A DNA stretch of 64,000 nucleotides from Camelus dromedarius (GCF_036321535.1 NC_087436.1:70060001-70124000); one strand, 5' to 3'. Positions 1 through 12,120 are shown, numbered from the stretch's first letter. The notes: generated by a model from the sequence alone, not told the origin. Numbers and translations are program-made.

Positions 1-465
1 GAGGGCCTTTTTCATTTGGGAAGGAGGCAGAGTTGTTTTGTTCTGATTTATTTTGGTTTGTTTGCTTGTTCTTTTCAAATTCCTCTTCGGGCTGGATTGG
101 TAAAAGGCAAAGGAAGTTATATGAGGGGAAAAAAGAGTCAATAAGACAATGTCCTTGTGATTACATTGATATTTCAGCTGAATTAGCTATTTTCCCATGT
201 TTCAATATGACTCCCACTTAAATGATATTTTCTCTCTTTTAATTAATGATTAAAAAGTGAGCTCACTATTTTAATAGCAATGGTGACAACAATGGCAGAA
301 CCACACTTAACATTTCCACTTTCAGCGATGAGTTGTGTCTCTTATTATTTTATTTATATTGACCCCAAACTTTGTGCTAATACTACCATATGTTGAGAAA
401 TCAATTGTGTCATACAAAAAAGGAACATATGTGGCAAACACTAACCCACTTTTTTTTCTTCATAG

Positions 466-513
466 ACAATGAGACAGCTGGGAAGTTTGCAGGGATTAAA
501 CTTGCTTTCTCAG
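466..513 (+). CDS. AMBN: Ameloblastin coding exon (human exon 4 equivalent), TMRQLGSLQGLNLLSQ
   Basis: catAG|ACAATG...TCTCAG|GTaacg; 48 nt, phase 0; peptide matches known AMBN exon 4. Confidence 0.97.
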
Positions 514-644
514 GTAACGTTGTTTTCACATGTTTCTTATTGCAAATATTCATGATGGTGGCGATAGTGATAGCAGCAGCATTGTAATTCATACAATTTG
601 TTTGTGAACAAACAATATCCTAAAAACTAAAAGAGCAAATAAGT

Positions 645-778
645 TTGTATTTGTTTTCTGAGGGGGAGGTAATTAGGCTTCTTCACTGATTTCCACTTGG
701 AAGTGGTACTGGGGATTGAACCCAGGACCTCTTAGGGGCTGAGCATGCACTCTACCACTTGAGCTGTACCCTTCCCCC
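645..778 (-). mobile_element. tRNA-derived SINE of camelid Vic-1 type in AMBN intron
   Basis: Minus strand reads GGGGGAAGGGTACAGCTCAAGTGGTAGAG (A box)...GGTTCAATCC (B box)...CCTAATTACCTCCCCC tail; 17-nt TSD taaaagagcaaa(t/c)aagt at 628-644 and 779-795. Family name from memory of consensus. Confidence 0.85.
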
Positions 779-1150
779 TAAAAGAGCAAACAAGTAATTG
801 AGGTAACCTAAAACAAAATAAGGCCCTGGGGTGGGATGGCAGGAGAAAATAAAAATAATGTTGTATTTTCTTTAGTAAGAAAAAAATTCTTTCTTGCATT
901 ATCAACTTTATTATACAGTCCACAATATGAAAGTTTAAAAAACTAAATCTCAAACAAGTTTATGGGAATACTGCAAACTGGCTCAGAATGGAAAGCAAGT
1001 CTGTTGGAAGACTTAACCTATCCACATTAAATTAATCAATATCACTCTTACTTTTGCTATTTCTACATCTCCTGTGGATTTTTTTAGAAAATGGAAACCA
1101 AGTTTAAGACAACTGAAATATACGCATATTTTTTTTCTCCGTATCTTCAG

Positions 1151-1261
1151 TATTCAAGATTTGGCTTTGGGAAATCATTTAATTCTTTGTGGATGCATGG
1201 TCTCCTCCCACCACACTCCTCTTTCCCATGGATGAGACCAAGGGAACATGAAACTCAACAG
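1151..1261 (+). CDS. AMBN: AMBN exon 5, YSRFGFGKSFNSLWMHGLLPPHSSFPWMRPREHETQQ (self-assembly Y/F-x-x-Y/L/F motif region)
   Basis: ttcAG|TAT...CAACAG|GTaagt; 111 nt, phase 0. Confidence 0.98.
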
Positions 1262-2711
1262 GTAAGTTAATTGCATCAATGTGTCTGAAACCTCAAGCTT
1301 TAAACTATTCCCCTATTTGCCTTCTCTAAGCTATCATATATTAACCACAGACAGGTAAGAGTAATGAATGAAAAATCATCCAAATAACAATAAATCAAAA
1401 CCTACAACTGTTTTTAGTACTTAGAAAAATTTAAATAAAATTGTCCAAATTTTCAACCCATTTGTATACTTATTTCCAATAGGAAGATATGACCTCAAAA
1501 ATATAAGACACTTATGCTAAATAATAACAATAGATAAACTATCCTCAAAATGAAAGCAGGCTATATCCTGGAAAATTCTGATTTTAGTCAAGATTCCTTA
1601 AATAATTACTCAAAGACATTTAAAATGATGCCAATATCCTAGTTGAAATATTAAGAACCCTATAGCAATTAATAAATACATCAATCATTTAACCATTACT
1701 TATTAGGTGCGTAATAAATATATAAACCAAACTATAGATTGGGAGTGAAAGTGAAGGCATTTAAGAATGTCTCCAAGGCAGGCTTACAAAATCCCACATC
1801 TGATTAGAGGATAAGACAACATATTACAGGGTGCTAAGTAGTGAGGTATAAGTAATGAATCGGGTATAAGTTAATGAAAGCCCAGAAGTTTAGAGATGGG
1901 CAGTGGTTGAAGAGGTGAAGCAGAGCCAGATTGTTGTGAGGTTTCTGAGCCACTTTGAGGAGCTTGCAACTAATTTAAAAATAATAGGGAGCCATTCACA
2001 ATAGGTAATTTCAAAGAGGAGCAACAAAACATGATTGTTTTAACAGGAACTTTTGATTCCAGATGCTCTTCCAAACCAAGCAGCATTACTCACCAAGCCA
2101 CATTTAGTGGGACAGTAAATTATGTTAATAGTGAAGGTTTCTCCACTTGATTGCTTCCAAAAGGAATACACGAAGCAGGAATTTGATTGGTATTTTATTT
2201 AATTACGTTTTCTCCTTTCATCAACTCAAAAAATATATGTATTATCTATCATGTGCCAAGCACTTATTAGGGGCTATGTTAGGTCCTGGGGCTATAAAAA
2301 TAAATAAGGCATATTATTCTCTCTCAGTTGAGTGAGTGACAAAGATTTATAACAAATAATTGTAATCCAGTGAGAAAGTGGTAAAATAGAGATACATAGA
2401 GATAGCTATGGGAATCCAGAGAAGGAAACGATTCATTCTACTTGGAAGTTCCCAGAGCTTCCCATCATCATGAGCAGTGGTAGTCAGTCCCAAAGGGAGT
2501 AGGAAGTGGAGGAGGCAGACACCCACCAGACCACCCCAAATAACACTGACTTTAAATGAATCAGTGCTTCCTGTGTAACACAGCTTCAAGACAAGTCCAT
2601 TAGACTCTCTTCCAAGTAGAAAGCTCCCCAGGCCCTTTTGCTTTAGAAATTCTAGACATCACAGTTCAGTAAGCCATGGCTTCCTGACGCTCCTTTCAAA
2701 TTTCTCTGCAG

Positions 2712-2948
2712 TATGAATATTCTTTGCCTGTGCATCCCCCACCTCTCCCATCGCAGCCATCCCTGCAGCCTCAACAGCCAGGACAGAAACCTTTCCTCCA
2801 GCCCACTGTTGTAACCGCCATCCAGAACTCAGTCCAGAAGGGACTACCTCAGCCTCCGGTTTACCAGGGACATCCACCCTTGCAGCAAGTAGAGGGGCCA
2901 ATGGTGCAAGAGCAGGTGGCACCATCAGAAAAGCCACCAACGGCCGAG
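2712..2948 (+). CDS. AMBN: AMBN exon 6, YEYSLPVHPPPLPSQ...EKPPTAE (79 aa, P/Q-rich)
   Basis: ctgcAG|TATGAA...GCCGAG|GTaatt; 237 nt; overlaps ORF 2724..3026. Confidence 0.98.
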
Positions 2949-3860
2949 GTAATTCCTTTCTCTGAAGTCAGATCAGGATCATCTACTAACTTAATGAAAG
3001 AAAACCAATTGGCAGCGCACATTTAAATAATCAGAGTTTGGGGCATAATGCACAAAAATACAAACATGTTTTTAAGCAGTTGACATATCTGGGAGTAGAA
3101 CATAAATACACATCCCTGTCCTTTGCCATCTGAAATGGGGCATGGATTCTTAAAGATCCTGTTCCTGCAAAACTGGTTTCTCAGTTGCAAAAGATAAAAG
3201 AGGAAGCTTTCAGAGGAAATAGGACAGCCCAGAGAACTTCAGGCTTCATCTCATCAGGCTGTTTTTCAGTGTTGGGCAGACTGACAAGAGTGATTGATCC
3301 CTCAGCATTGCAAACAGTATTATTGCATTATTATTTCTCTATCTGGTAGTAAAGAAGGCAATCAAGCAAAAGTATCTTGTAATAATATAAAGAAAAGAGC
3401 AATGGACAGAAAAGGAAGGTACCATGAAACTAGTATGTTGCAGGCATTTAACATTCCGCCGTATCATCCTAACTCCAACTCTATGAAGAGAGATATCATC
3501 CTTTTTTTAAAAGAAAAGACAGATTTTGAGAGACTATAATATGTCCCCCATATTACACAAAAATTAAGTGGCAGAGCCAGAATTCAAACCAACCTGGCAT
3601 GCTCTGATTCCAAAATTCATTGCTTTCTACTCTGCAAGATAAAGCAAACTCGTGACAGACATGCCCTATCTCCCTGCCATGCATGTGAGTCATGTCAGTA
3701 AAGGGCAATTGTAATCTCTTAGGTTGTACTCTCCAAGACTAAATGAAAGTGAAAATAGGGAAACTCATTTTAAACTATCATAATTGTAAATAAGAGTGTT
3801 TTTCAATTCATTTTGCCTATTTTGATTGTTGAGTAATTTTAATATTTATCTGTAATGCAG

Positions 3861-3899
3861 CTACCAGGAATGGATTTTGCTGATCCACAAGATCTACCA
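3861..3899 (+). CDS. AMBN: AMBN exon 7 (single 39-nt repeat exon), LPGMDFADPQDLP
   Basis: atgcAG|CTACCA...CTACCA|GTaagt; 39 nt. Confidence 0.95.
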
Positions 3900-4164
3900 G
3901 TAAGTACAAATCTCAGTAAGACACTTCCTTGGGAAATACATCTCTATACTTTGAGAAAGAAGAGTAAAACTTTTTAATTGTCCCACTTATCTGTGAGTAT
4001 GAAATATAGTGGGTTCCTTTGTTTACTTAAATATTAAACACTTGTTTATCATAGTATTCTATCTGGAAATGTGCTTCATATAACTCTCAGAAATAGTTGT
4101 AATGGGAGGTTTGCCCGTGTTATAGCAAATATGAATTACTTATTCTGTTTTCTACTGCTTAAAG

Positions 4165-4227
4165 ATGTTGGTTCCAATAGCCCGTTTGCTATCTCGGGGA
4201 CCAATGCCACAAAATAAACCATCTCCA
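4165..4227 (+). CDS. AMBN: AMBN exon (human exon 10 equivalent), MLVPIARLLSRGPMPQNKPSP
   Basis: ttaaAG|ATGTTG...TCTCCA|GTaagt; 63 nt. Confidence 0.94.
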
Positions 4228-4324
4228 GTAAGTTTGTTTTAATACCACTTCTCTGTTTGTAATTTAATTTAAAGTTTTTCTCTTGGGAAATGCATTTTGT
4301 GGTGATTTTTGTATTTATATTTAG

Positions 4325-4369
4325 CTTTATCCAGGAATGTTTTACTTGTCCTATGGAGCAAATCAATTG
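4325..4369 (+). CDS. AMBN: AMBN exon (human exon 11 equivalent), LYPGMFYLSYGANQL
   Basis: tttAG|CTTTAT...CAATTG|GTaagt; 45 nt. Confidence 0.96.
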
Positions 4370-4535
4370 GTAAGTCTATATCCTATAAAAGGTATCATTT
4401 TCAAATAAATGCTATCTTAAGAGATAAAATTATAAGATCCAGTCCTCACATAACAGATTCCATATTCTCTGAATGCCTAAGTTTGCAACTGAAATGCCAA
4501 AGAGGCACACTTCCTAGTTGGATAATTCTGGCCAG

Positions 4536-4537
4536 AC

Positions 4538-4574
<37 letters not shown>
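4536..4574. repeat. (CA)n microsatellite in AMBN intron
   Basis: acacatacatacacacaca... read directly. Confidence 0.95.
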
Positions 4575-4577
<3 letters not shown>

Positions 4578-4793
4578 GCATTAAAGAAAAAGTAAATTTT
4601 CTATCTGAATTATCCAAATTGGCTACATTTCTTTAATAAAGACTCATCTGTCCATTTTATCCTGCCTCTGGACACAGCCTTTATATTAAGGATTAAGGAA
4701 AGACTAGATGACTTGTAACTTTGTCTTGAGTTGCTACAAGATGATAAAGAGTTAGCTGGTTCATAATATGATGCAGTGTTTCTTTTTAAACAG

Positions 4794-4838
4794 AGTGCTC
4801 CTGCCAGACTTGGCATCTTGAGCTCAGAAGAAATGGCG
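4794..4838 (+). CDS. AMBN: AMBN exon (human exon 12 equivalent), SAPARLGILSSEEMA, with S-x-E phosphorylation motif
   Basis: aacAG|AGTGCT...ATGGCG|GTaagt; 45 nt. Confidence 0.96.
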
Positions 4839-6763
4839 GTAAGTAATGTCTTCCGACTCTTCTTAAAGTAGTGGCCAAGGGAAAAATCACAGATGACTGG
4901 CAGCAAGAGGCACTGGCCATGAATGTGGCTGAATATACAGTATAGGGACTCAGGTTGTTCTACGCCAAAACCAAAAGCTTGATTCTGAAGCAGCACGCCA
5001 AGATTTCATCATACTTCCCATGTAGGTGTTTCTGAGTGATGACCATTCTTGCACATAGGATTTTGCCCCATTTCTTGAATACGAGTAGAGGAGAAACCTC
5101 TCTTGAAAAGCCACCATTATTGAACAAACGCTTCAAACCAAAAAAAAGATACACATGGTTCATAGAGTTCCGGTTCCTTCTCAGACCATTTCACCCCTCA
5201 AAACAACAAATTCAACAAAACTGCAAATCACTTAGGCCTCAAAATTGAGAAATCAAAAAGAAAAAAAAATTAACCAAGTTTAAAATTTGATTATTATAAA
5301 ATTCAAAGTAGATTAATAAGTTAGTTCAAGTATATTCCTATTCTGTTATCATTATCCATGCATATTATAACTTTAAAATTTGAGCTCAATAGACTCACAC
5401 AACTGGACTTTTTCCCTCAGAAATTTCTACATGTGACATCTGTTAGAGCACAAAGCAAAACAAAACCAGACCATACTGAATTAACAAATCATTAGCAACT
5501 ACAGATCCTATCAAATAAATAAATACACATAAATATGCTATCACTGAAATAAAACTTGAATCTCAGCATTATTGAGTGCCTTCTGTGAGTGAGACAAATA
5601 AAAAAGATCCTATGGAGGCAAGATAAATAAGGTAAGGTTCCTGATCTCAGAGAGTTCACAGTTTAATCAATGGGGAAAATAGATACAATGGCAGATAATG
5701 TGAAAATCATGTGACAATGATAATAAGAGCTGTAAGAGAGGGAAAGGAGAGAGGCAGCTAGCCCAGCCCAGGGGTTTACAGTGCCATCCCTGGATGATGC
5801 GAAAAGCTAAGAGTAGAGAGCCAGGAGAAGGAAAGAGGAAAGAGTACTGACTCTGTATAACACCAACAGAACAGGCTGAAAATTCAAGCAAGTGTTAATG
5901 ATCATCTTATAATTTTAATTAACTTATTTATATTATGCCTCTTTGTTAAAAGATTTTGCTGTAGCTTATGAAAAATACAATAAATATAACCAAAAAATTG
6001 AAGACAGAATTTAAAATGAGTCAAAAGTTTAAGGAAATAAGAATATAGATACCCAAGTTACAAGGCCCTGCATAATTGCTGTAAGTACCCCAAGATTTTG
6101 GTCCTGAAATTTTGGGCAACAAAAGAAAAAAAGGAAACATGGTCAGTTCTAGAATTTTATCTGTCCACAGGAAGAAAATATTTCAGTTCCTCCAAAGAAA
6201 TCAAGTTTTATTCTTCTACGTGTTCTTCTGAAAGAAAGAAAGAAAGTGAGAGAGAGACAGAGAGGAAAGGAAGGAGGAAGGGAGGAAGGAAAAAAAGTAA
6301 GAAAATGAAAAAGAAAAAAAGTTTACGTGGGGCTCCATTCATCTGGGGGATACTGAGAAATGATATTGACACAAGGTCCTCTAAAACTTTGCTCAACAAA
6401 TAAGAACGGATAAGTTTTTGTATGTTTTATGGTGGTATTGGTCATTTCAGCTGCTTATTGTTTTCTTAAAATTAAATTTGAACTACCTTTTGCCTGTAAG
6501 TTGGTTCTACCCTGTTTCCCTGCTTCTCTCCTTCCCACCCTTCAGCAGGCATTGAGAGGGTCTTCATCTCCCTTTCGAAGAAGTGAGTGCCCCGACCAAG
6601 AAAAGAAGTCAGTTTAGTGAGAAAATGCTTACATAAAACTGTCAGCCAACTCCCTGCTCCCTATAAGTTTTTTCCGGTTTCTCAGTGAATTTGACCAGGT
6701 ATAATTGCATGCTATACTTAATGGTATGTGATAATGGTGTTTCTGGTAAATTGTTTTTTACAG

Positions 6764-7294
6764 GGAGGCAGAGGAGGCCCCATGGCTTATGGGTCCATGT
6801 TCCCAGGATTTGGAGGCATGAGGTCCAACCTTGGAGGGATGCCCACCAATCCAGCAATGGGAGGGGACTTTACACTGGAATTTGACTCCCCAGTCGCTGG
6901 AACCAAAGGCCCTGAGAAGGGAGAAGGAGGTGCACAAGGCTCCCCTGTGCCAGAGACCAACCCAGACGATCCAGAAAACCCAGCTCTCCTTTCAGAGGGA
7001 GCACCTGGTGCCCTCGGAGGGCTCCTTGCTAGTGCTAAGGACAATGTTCCCAACCTGGCAAGAATCAGGGGACCATTCAGGGTCACCCCAGCGGCTGCTG
7101 ACCCACTGATGACCCCTGGATTAGCTGACGTTTATGAGACATACGGTGTTGATGAGACCACAACCATGGGTCTCCAGGAAGAGACAACTGTGGATTCCAC
7201 GGCAACCCCAGATAGTCAACAGACATCGATGTCAGGAAACAAGGCCCAGCAGCCCCAGAATAAGTATGATGCGTGGCATTTTCAAGAGCCCTGA
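6764..7294 (+). CDS. AMBN: AMBN last coding exon, GGRGGPMAYG...DAWHFQEP* (176 aa)
   Basis: tttacAG|GGAGGC; in frame with ORF 6728..7294; C-terminus FQEP typical of AMBN. Confidence 0.98.
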   Translation, partial: GGRGGPMAYGSMFPGFGGMRSNLGGMPTNPAMGGDFTLEFDSPVAGTKGPEKGEGGAQGSPVPETNPDDPENPALLSEGAPGALGGLLASAKDNVPNLARIRGPFRVTPAAADPLMTPGLADVYETYGVDETTTMGLQEETTVDSTATPDSQQTSMSGNKAQQPQNKYDAWHFQEP

Positions 7295-7421
7295 GAGCAT
7301 TGAGTTATTGGCTACTTCCTGTATGCACAAGCTTCCCAGCTTTGTCCCCATAGTCTATCTTTTTGCGAAAACAGTTATTACCCTTCTGCAGCAAAGGCAT
7401 TAAAAGCGCTAAGCATATATT

Positions 7422-7487
7422 AATAAACACAAGTGGCTAGAAATAGTGTAGGTCCCCTTCTTGCTTTTACTCTTTTATTGAAATAAA
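7422..7487 (+). terminator. AMBN: Two candidate AMBN polyadenylation signals (AATAAA at 7422-7427 and 7482-7487)
   Basis: Hexamers 128 and 188 nt after the stop; usage not testable here. Confidence 0.65.
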
Positions 7488-7939
7488 ATATGTTGCCTGT
7501 CTCTGTGATTTAGAAATACAATTAATAACATCAGAGCAAGTCTAAGGGTCTCTGCATTTGAAAATCACTGTTTCTAGCTGTATTTGGCATTATAGAATTT
7601 CTCTTACTAGCATGACACTGTTATATCCAAGAAATGTGACACTGCTTTGGAAATTTTTCTCTAAGCAAAGGCACATGTTCTCAGAATTATGTTATTTCAT
7701 TCAAGCATTATTAAACAGGGATTAGTGGATAATCTCTGACTGATATTATTGGGTATAGTATATTGGATTTAAAATTCTCATTTGTAGAGTATTTTATTTA
7801 ATCTAGTAAAAACATCTAGCTTATTTTAAATAAAGAATTTTTCTCACTAAAGATCATCAGGAATTATATGCTTATTATTTACATACATTTAAATGATTAA
7901 GAAAAGCATGCTCATCCCCTGCCATTGCTACTCTTTATC

Positions 7940-8330
7940 CCATTTTATTCAACTCATTTTTCTTTCCTGAAAAGTTTATTGAGTATCGACTGACGTCCTA
8001 GGCACTGTGCTAGGGAACAGGGACACAGCCCCTACTCTCAGAGCTTACAATGGGGATGATTGACAAGTAGACCAACAACCACAATAATAAGAAAACAGCC
8101 ACTGTAGGCCAAGCTCAAGTACTTTTCGTGTATTCAACAGCACTGTAAAACAGATGCTCCCAAACCACCAGCACAAGCGAAAAGTGCTATGACAAGGACA
8201 AGCACAGGGTGCCCCTGGAGCCACAGAAAAGAGGCACATAACCCAGCCTAAGACTAGGGCTACTGGAGGGGCAGAGAGGGACTTGTTTCTCAGAATGGAA
8301 CTGAAAGCATCTGCAGAATGAGGCCTCCAA
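7940..8330 (-). mobile_element. Degenerate L2 fragment
   Basis: tttattgagtatcgactgacgtcctaggcactgtgctaggg resembles reverse complement of L2 3' end; ends approximate. Confidence 0.6.
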
Positions 8331-9149
8331 GAGGAAGAAGCACAAGAAAAGTCATGTGGGCACCATGTGAGAATTAGCTCATTTCTGTGAAGTATAATGT
8401 GAAAAAAGGAGACTCAGAAAATAATGGTTACTTGTCATCAAAACTAGGTATGTATCAGACAGAGCTATCTGCCTAAATTAAGAGGTTCCGAGGCCACATA
8501 TGAAAAGTAGCCTCACTCCTAAAGAGTAGCCTCCCACTCACTCCACCTCCTCCCAAGCTGCCCAGCCCAGGTCTTAGACTCCATGGAACTCAGATTCCCC
8601 TATGCGGTCCCTGTGGAGAATTTGGAGATGCAACCAAGGAAAAGAGCCCTGAGATGCCTCCTGACCTGGGGCCCTTCAGTAGCCTTAACTGGACTGTGCA
8701 GTCACCTCTTACTGTCCCCCTCTCTTCAGGCAGAGCTCTGCTCACCCTCATTCAGTGGTCTAGAGCGGAAGGAGAGATGCAGGAGATTAAAATTCGGTTT
8801 GCCTCCCATAGTGACTCTGGCAAAGGTGCGAGGATAAGAAAATGACCTCCACAGTAGCCAGCCAGCAGATGCCCACTGAGACCCACCTTAGCATTCCAGA
8901 CCATCTCCTAAAAAGCAATATTGTAAAAGATGTATAGACAGCTACAGGTTCAAACCTTGACACCACACGTAATCACCTGTAAGTCTTTGGAAGTAACTTA
9001 ATCCCTCTGCACTGTGTTTTCATTTTCCTAATGTGCCTCACAAGGTTGTTGTGAGAACTAAATGAGATAAAGCACACAGATAAAATTGCTGAATCATGGT
9101 CATTTCCTTCTTTTCCTACTGATCCTTGTCATAAAGAGAACCTAGCAAA

Positions 9150-12120
9150 ACAGCAGCAGCAGCAATGGAGAAATGGAATTTTCCCATTATCTGATGAATG
9201 CGTGCTTTTCCATTCACATTCCACACACTGCCCTTTTGTCCTTTATAATTCAGAGCATGCATTTATGAGATCACACATGCTTATTTCTCTGATGAATGTT
9301 GCCATATCAAGTGACATATCATATCGAAGTTGGTCTCTTCTATTGCAGGATGGGCACTTAATTGTGTTAATAGATCAACTTTGACAAAGAGGGATACCAA
9401 GTTGTTGAGCCTTATCTCTGCCACCATAACCACTTCAAACACTGGTCCATGAGCAAACGTCAAGATGGCTAGGGAAAAAAGAGGCTAAATGTCACTCACA
9501 GGAGGAGCCATCTTAATTATTGAGAATTTCCTCCACTGTGGCTTCCCTTTACTGCACATTTACATGAGAAATAAATATCGTCCTACTATAGCCCATTCTA
9601 AGACACTCTACTTAAATAGCCTGCCTTCTAGGCCTCCTTATTAGTAATCTCCCAGTTTTGTTCTTCCCAAATCCTTGACCAGCTGACCAATCTAGTGCTG
9701 AGCCTGAGTTAGTGCAGATCTGTATCTCAGGCCACCTGTCCTTCCACACAATATCAACAATTAGACATACCATTTAAAGTTCTGCCTACTGAGTAAGGGT
9801 GTGGTGTATTAACTTTGCACTTCCAGCTGATGTCAGAATACAGAAATTCATGAACCAGGCACACAGTCCTCTCCATTAATTGATCAGGGTGGTCATATAA
9901 TTGATTCTCCAAACTGGGACACTTTTGACAATGAAAAGTAGTGTCACAAATGATGAATGAACGTTGGATAAGAGGTGTAAACCAGTACTATTTAGGGCAA
10001 ACTCAGACATCTGGTTATTCCAGTCATATGGAACTCCCCATGAAGCCAAATGTGTAGATTGAGGAAAAAGCATTAAAGTTATAAAGAGGAAGTATGTGAA
10101 AGTCTGAACCTGTTGCTTAGGCAAATTACTTGAGGCCTCCAGACCTGAAATCTGGTCATTTTCACTTACATTAGAAAGCTGCTGTTTACATTCAGTTTTA
10201 TGGTTCAGTGGATCATAAACCACCTAGTTCAAGATAGGCAATTCATATAGTATAATCACCTGGCATCCCCAAGTCAGCACACTGTCTCTATTAGGGTCCA
10301 GTAGCAAGGCAAGAACTTCTTTTCACACACACACACAGAAAAAAAACCCTTAAAGTTCTGTGCTCTTACTCTCCTGTCAGGACTTGACAGAAGTCCCATA
10401 GAGCCATAAATATTTCCATGGGCCCCTGAGTCATAGTGCCCAAGTGACAGGGACGTTTATGCTACAGCATGTACCCCTTTCTTGACCTAAGTCCCGCTCA
10501 AAACGAGCAACCTTTCAAATTATACACTATATGGTATATGTTGTCTTCAAAACACAGAGAAGTCCAGAAGCACTGTGCTTCTCTCTTCTTTAGGGTGGTA
10601 CAAGCTACCACAACTTGCCTTTCACTTTAGCTATCTTGACATGCTCCAGGCTACCTGACCTCTAGAAATGTCAGCAGCCCCTCTTGATGAACTTTTTTAT
10701 GAAGTTTGCAGTATTTATCTTCCACTCTCTGGCTTGCTACTTCATGCTAATCCATACCGATTGTATTGTGTCTTCAATGTAATGGGCTGGCATGGTTTCC
10801 TGTGGGATATAAAGATGATCAAGGACCCTCAGGATTATCTTAAGACAGATTGCAAGAGAGGTGACACAGACCTGGGGCAAGACAGTTTAAGGTTGTATTA
10901 TCCCTGCCCTTTAAAAGCAAACTGCTTCTGATTTTTCTCACTGATTGGAATAGAAAGGAAGCATCTGCCAGATCAATAACTACAAACGAGGTGCCATGGG
11001 CTATGCTGATTTTTTTCCAATAAAGCTACCACATCTAGAATAATAGCTACAACTGGCATCACCACCTGATTGACTTTGCAGTAATCCATTGTGTCCCCAT
11101 GACCCATCTAGCATTTGCATCAGCCAAACAAGTGAGTTAAATGGGGATGTGGTAGGACACCTTCCCTTCCCTGTACCTCTGAAGCCTTCATTGATAATGC
11201 TCATCCCTATCATTCCTCCTACAGGACTTACCGTCTTTTAGAGAGGGCTGGGGAACGGAGTACAGTTTCAAGAACTTCCCTCCACTGGGACCTGCCCACC
11301 ATTATAACTTTCATCCCACTGGTGTCAGAATCAGTGTGGAATTCAGCCAGTTGTTAGGCATATCTACTCTCACTACACATTCTGGGACTGGGGAAATAAC
11401 CGCAAGAGAGATCACTGGACCCACCATTAGACGTGGACCAAGATTCCATCTCAAGTCTGACTTCTATGAGCTTTAATTTATAAATGATGAAGGCTTTGGG
11501 GGTTCAGAACCACTACCTAATAACCTCCAGAAAGTCTGGGTATTCTCTTTCCCAGTCCACCCTACACAGTCCCCATGGTAAACTGCTTCAGGTTTCTCCA
11601 GAGAAGACTTAGGAAAATTTCTATAATATACATATGTGGTCTTTCTCACAGGGACCCTGTCTCCCCTAGACTGAGGGTCTCTAGGTCTGGGAACTAGATA
11701 AGAGACTGTGAATCCCACTGTGGTGACTTGAGTTAGGCTCAGTGAACCTAGAATCCTTTTGTCTTTTTATGGCAAGCAGCACTTAACAGGATGTCCATCT
11801 ACTGGTTTCTAGACACCCATGATCTACTAGTCATCACTTGGTCAAAGCACCCTGACTACCACTCCATCCTGTGGTTTACCATGGAAACTGCATCCTCCTT
11901 GACTCTGAGGGATAAGCATCACCACCTGGACTCAATTATTTCAGAATCCTATTTTTCCCACTGATATTCCAAAGCAGCAGCTCCCATCATCATATCTGCC
12001 CTACGGAGGATAAAACCACAGAGCTCTTCATAATGCCTTAGTCAAGTGTCTTCTGGGCCTTTCTGGGTGGAGAAGGGTAGGGAGTGAATCTGGACTAGTA
12101 AACATAATAGATCCATTATG
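9150..12120 (-). mobile_element. Decayed ERV-L (class III) internal region: partial gag, protease, RT, RNase H, integrase N-terminus
   Basis: Minus-strand translations in order: WIYYV..GPEDT (gag, ~12050-12115); RGDRVPVRK and GKENTQTFWRLLGSGSE (protease LLDTGSE, ORF 11473..11718); VISPVPEC; PTTSPFNSLVWLMQMLDGSW (RT, ORF 11001..11213); HYIEDT for YIDD (~10769-10783); DPLNHK and ASWGVPYD (ORF 9876..10223); WKDRWPEIQICTNS (RNase H); SGYGGRD, AQQLGIPL, CPSC (IN zinc finger, ~9330-9450). Many stops and frameshifts. Confidence 0.9.

Noticed and set aside
697-778. tRNA gene (A and B boxes present)
   Set aside because: It has a SINE tail and a TSD and no clean cloverleaf; it is a tRNA-derived SINE
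6787-7109. Overlapping ORFs 6787..7086 (-) and 6831..7109 (+)
   Set aside because: Shadow frames of the GC-richer AMBN last exon; no independent evidence
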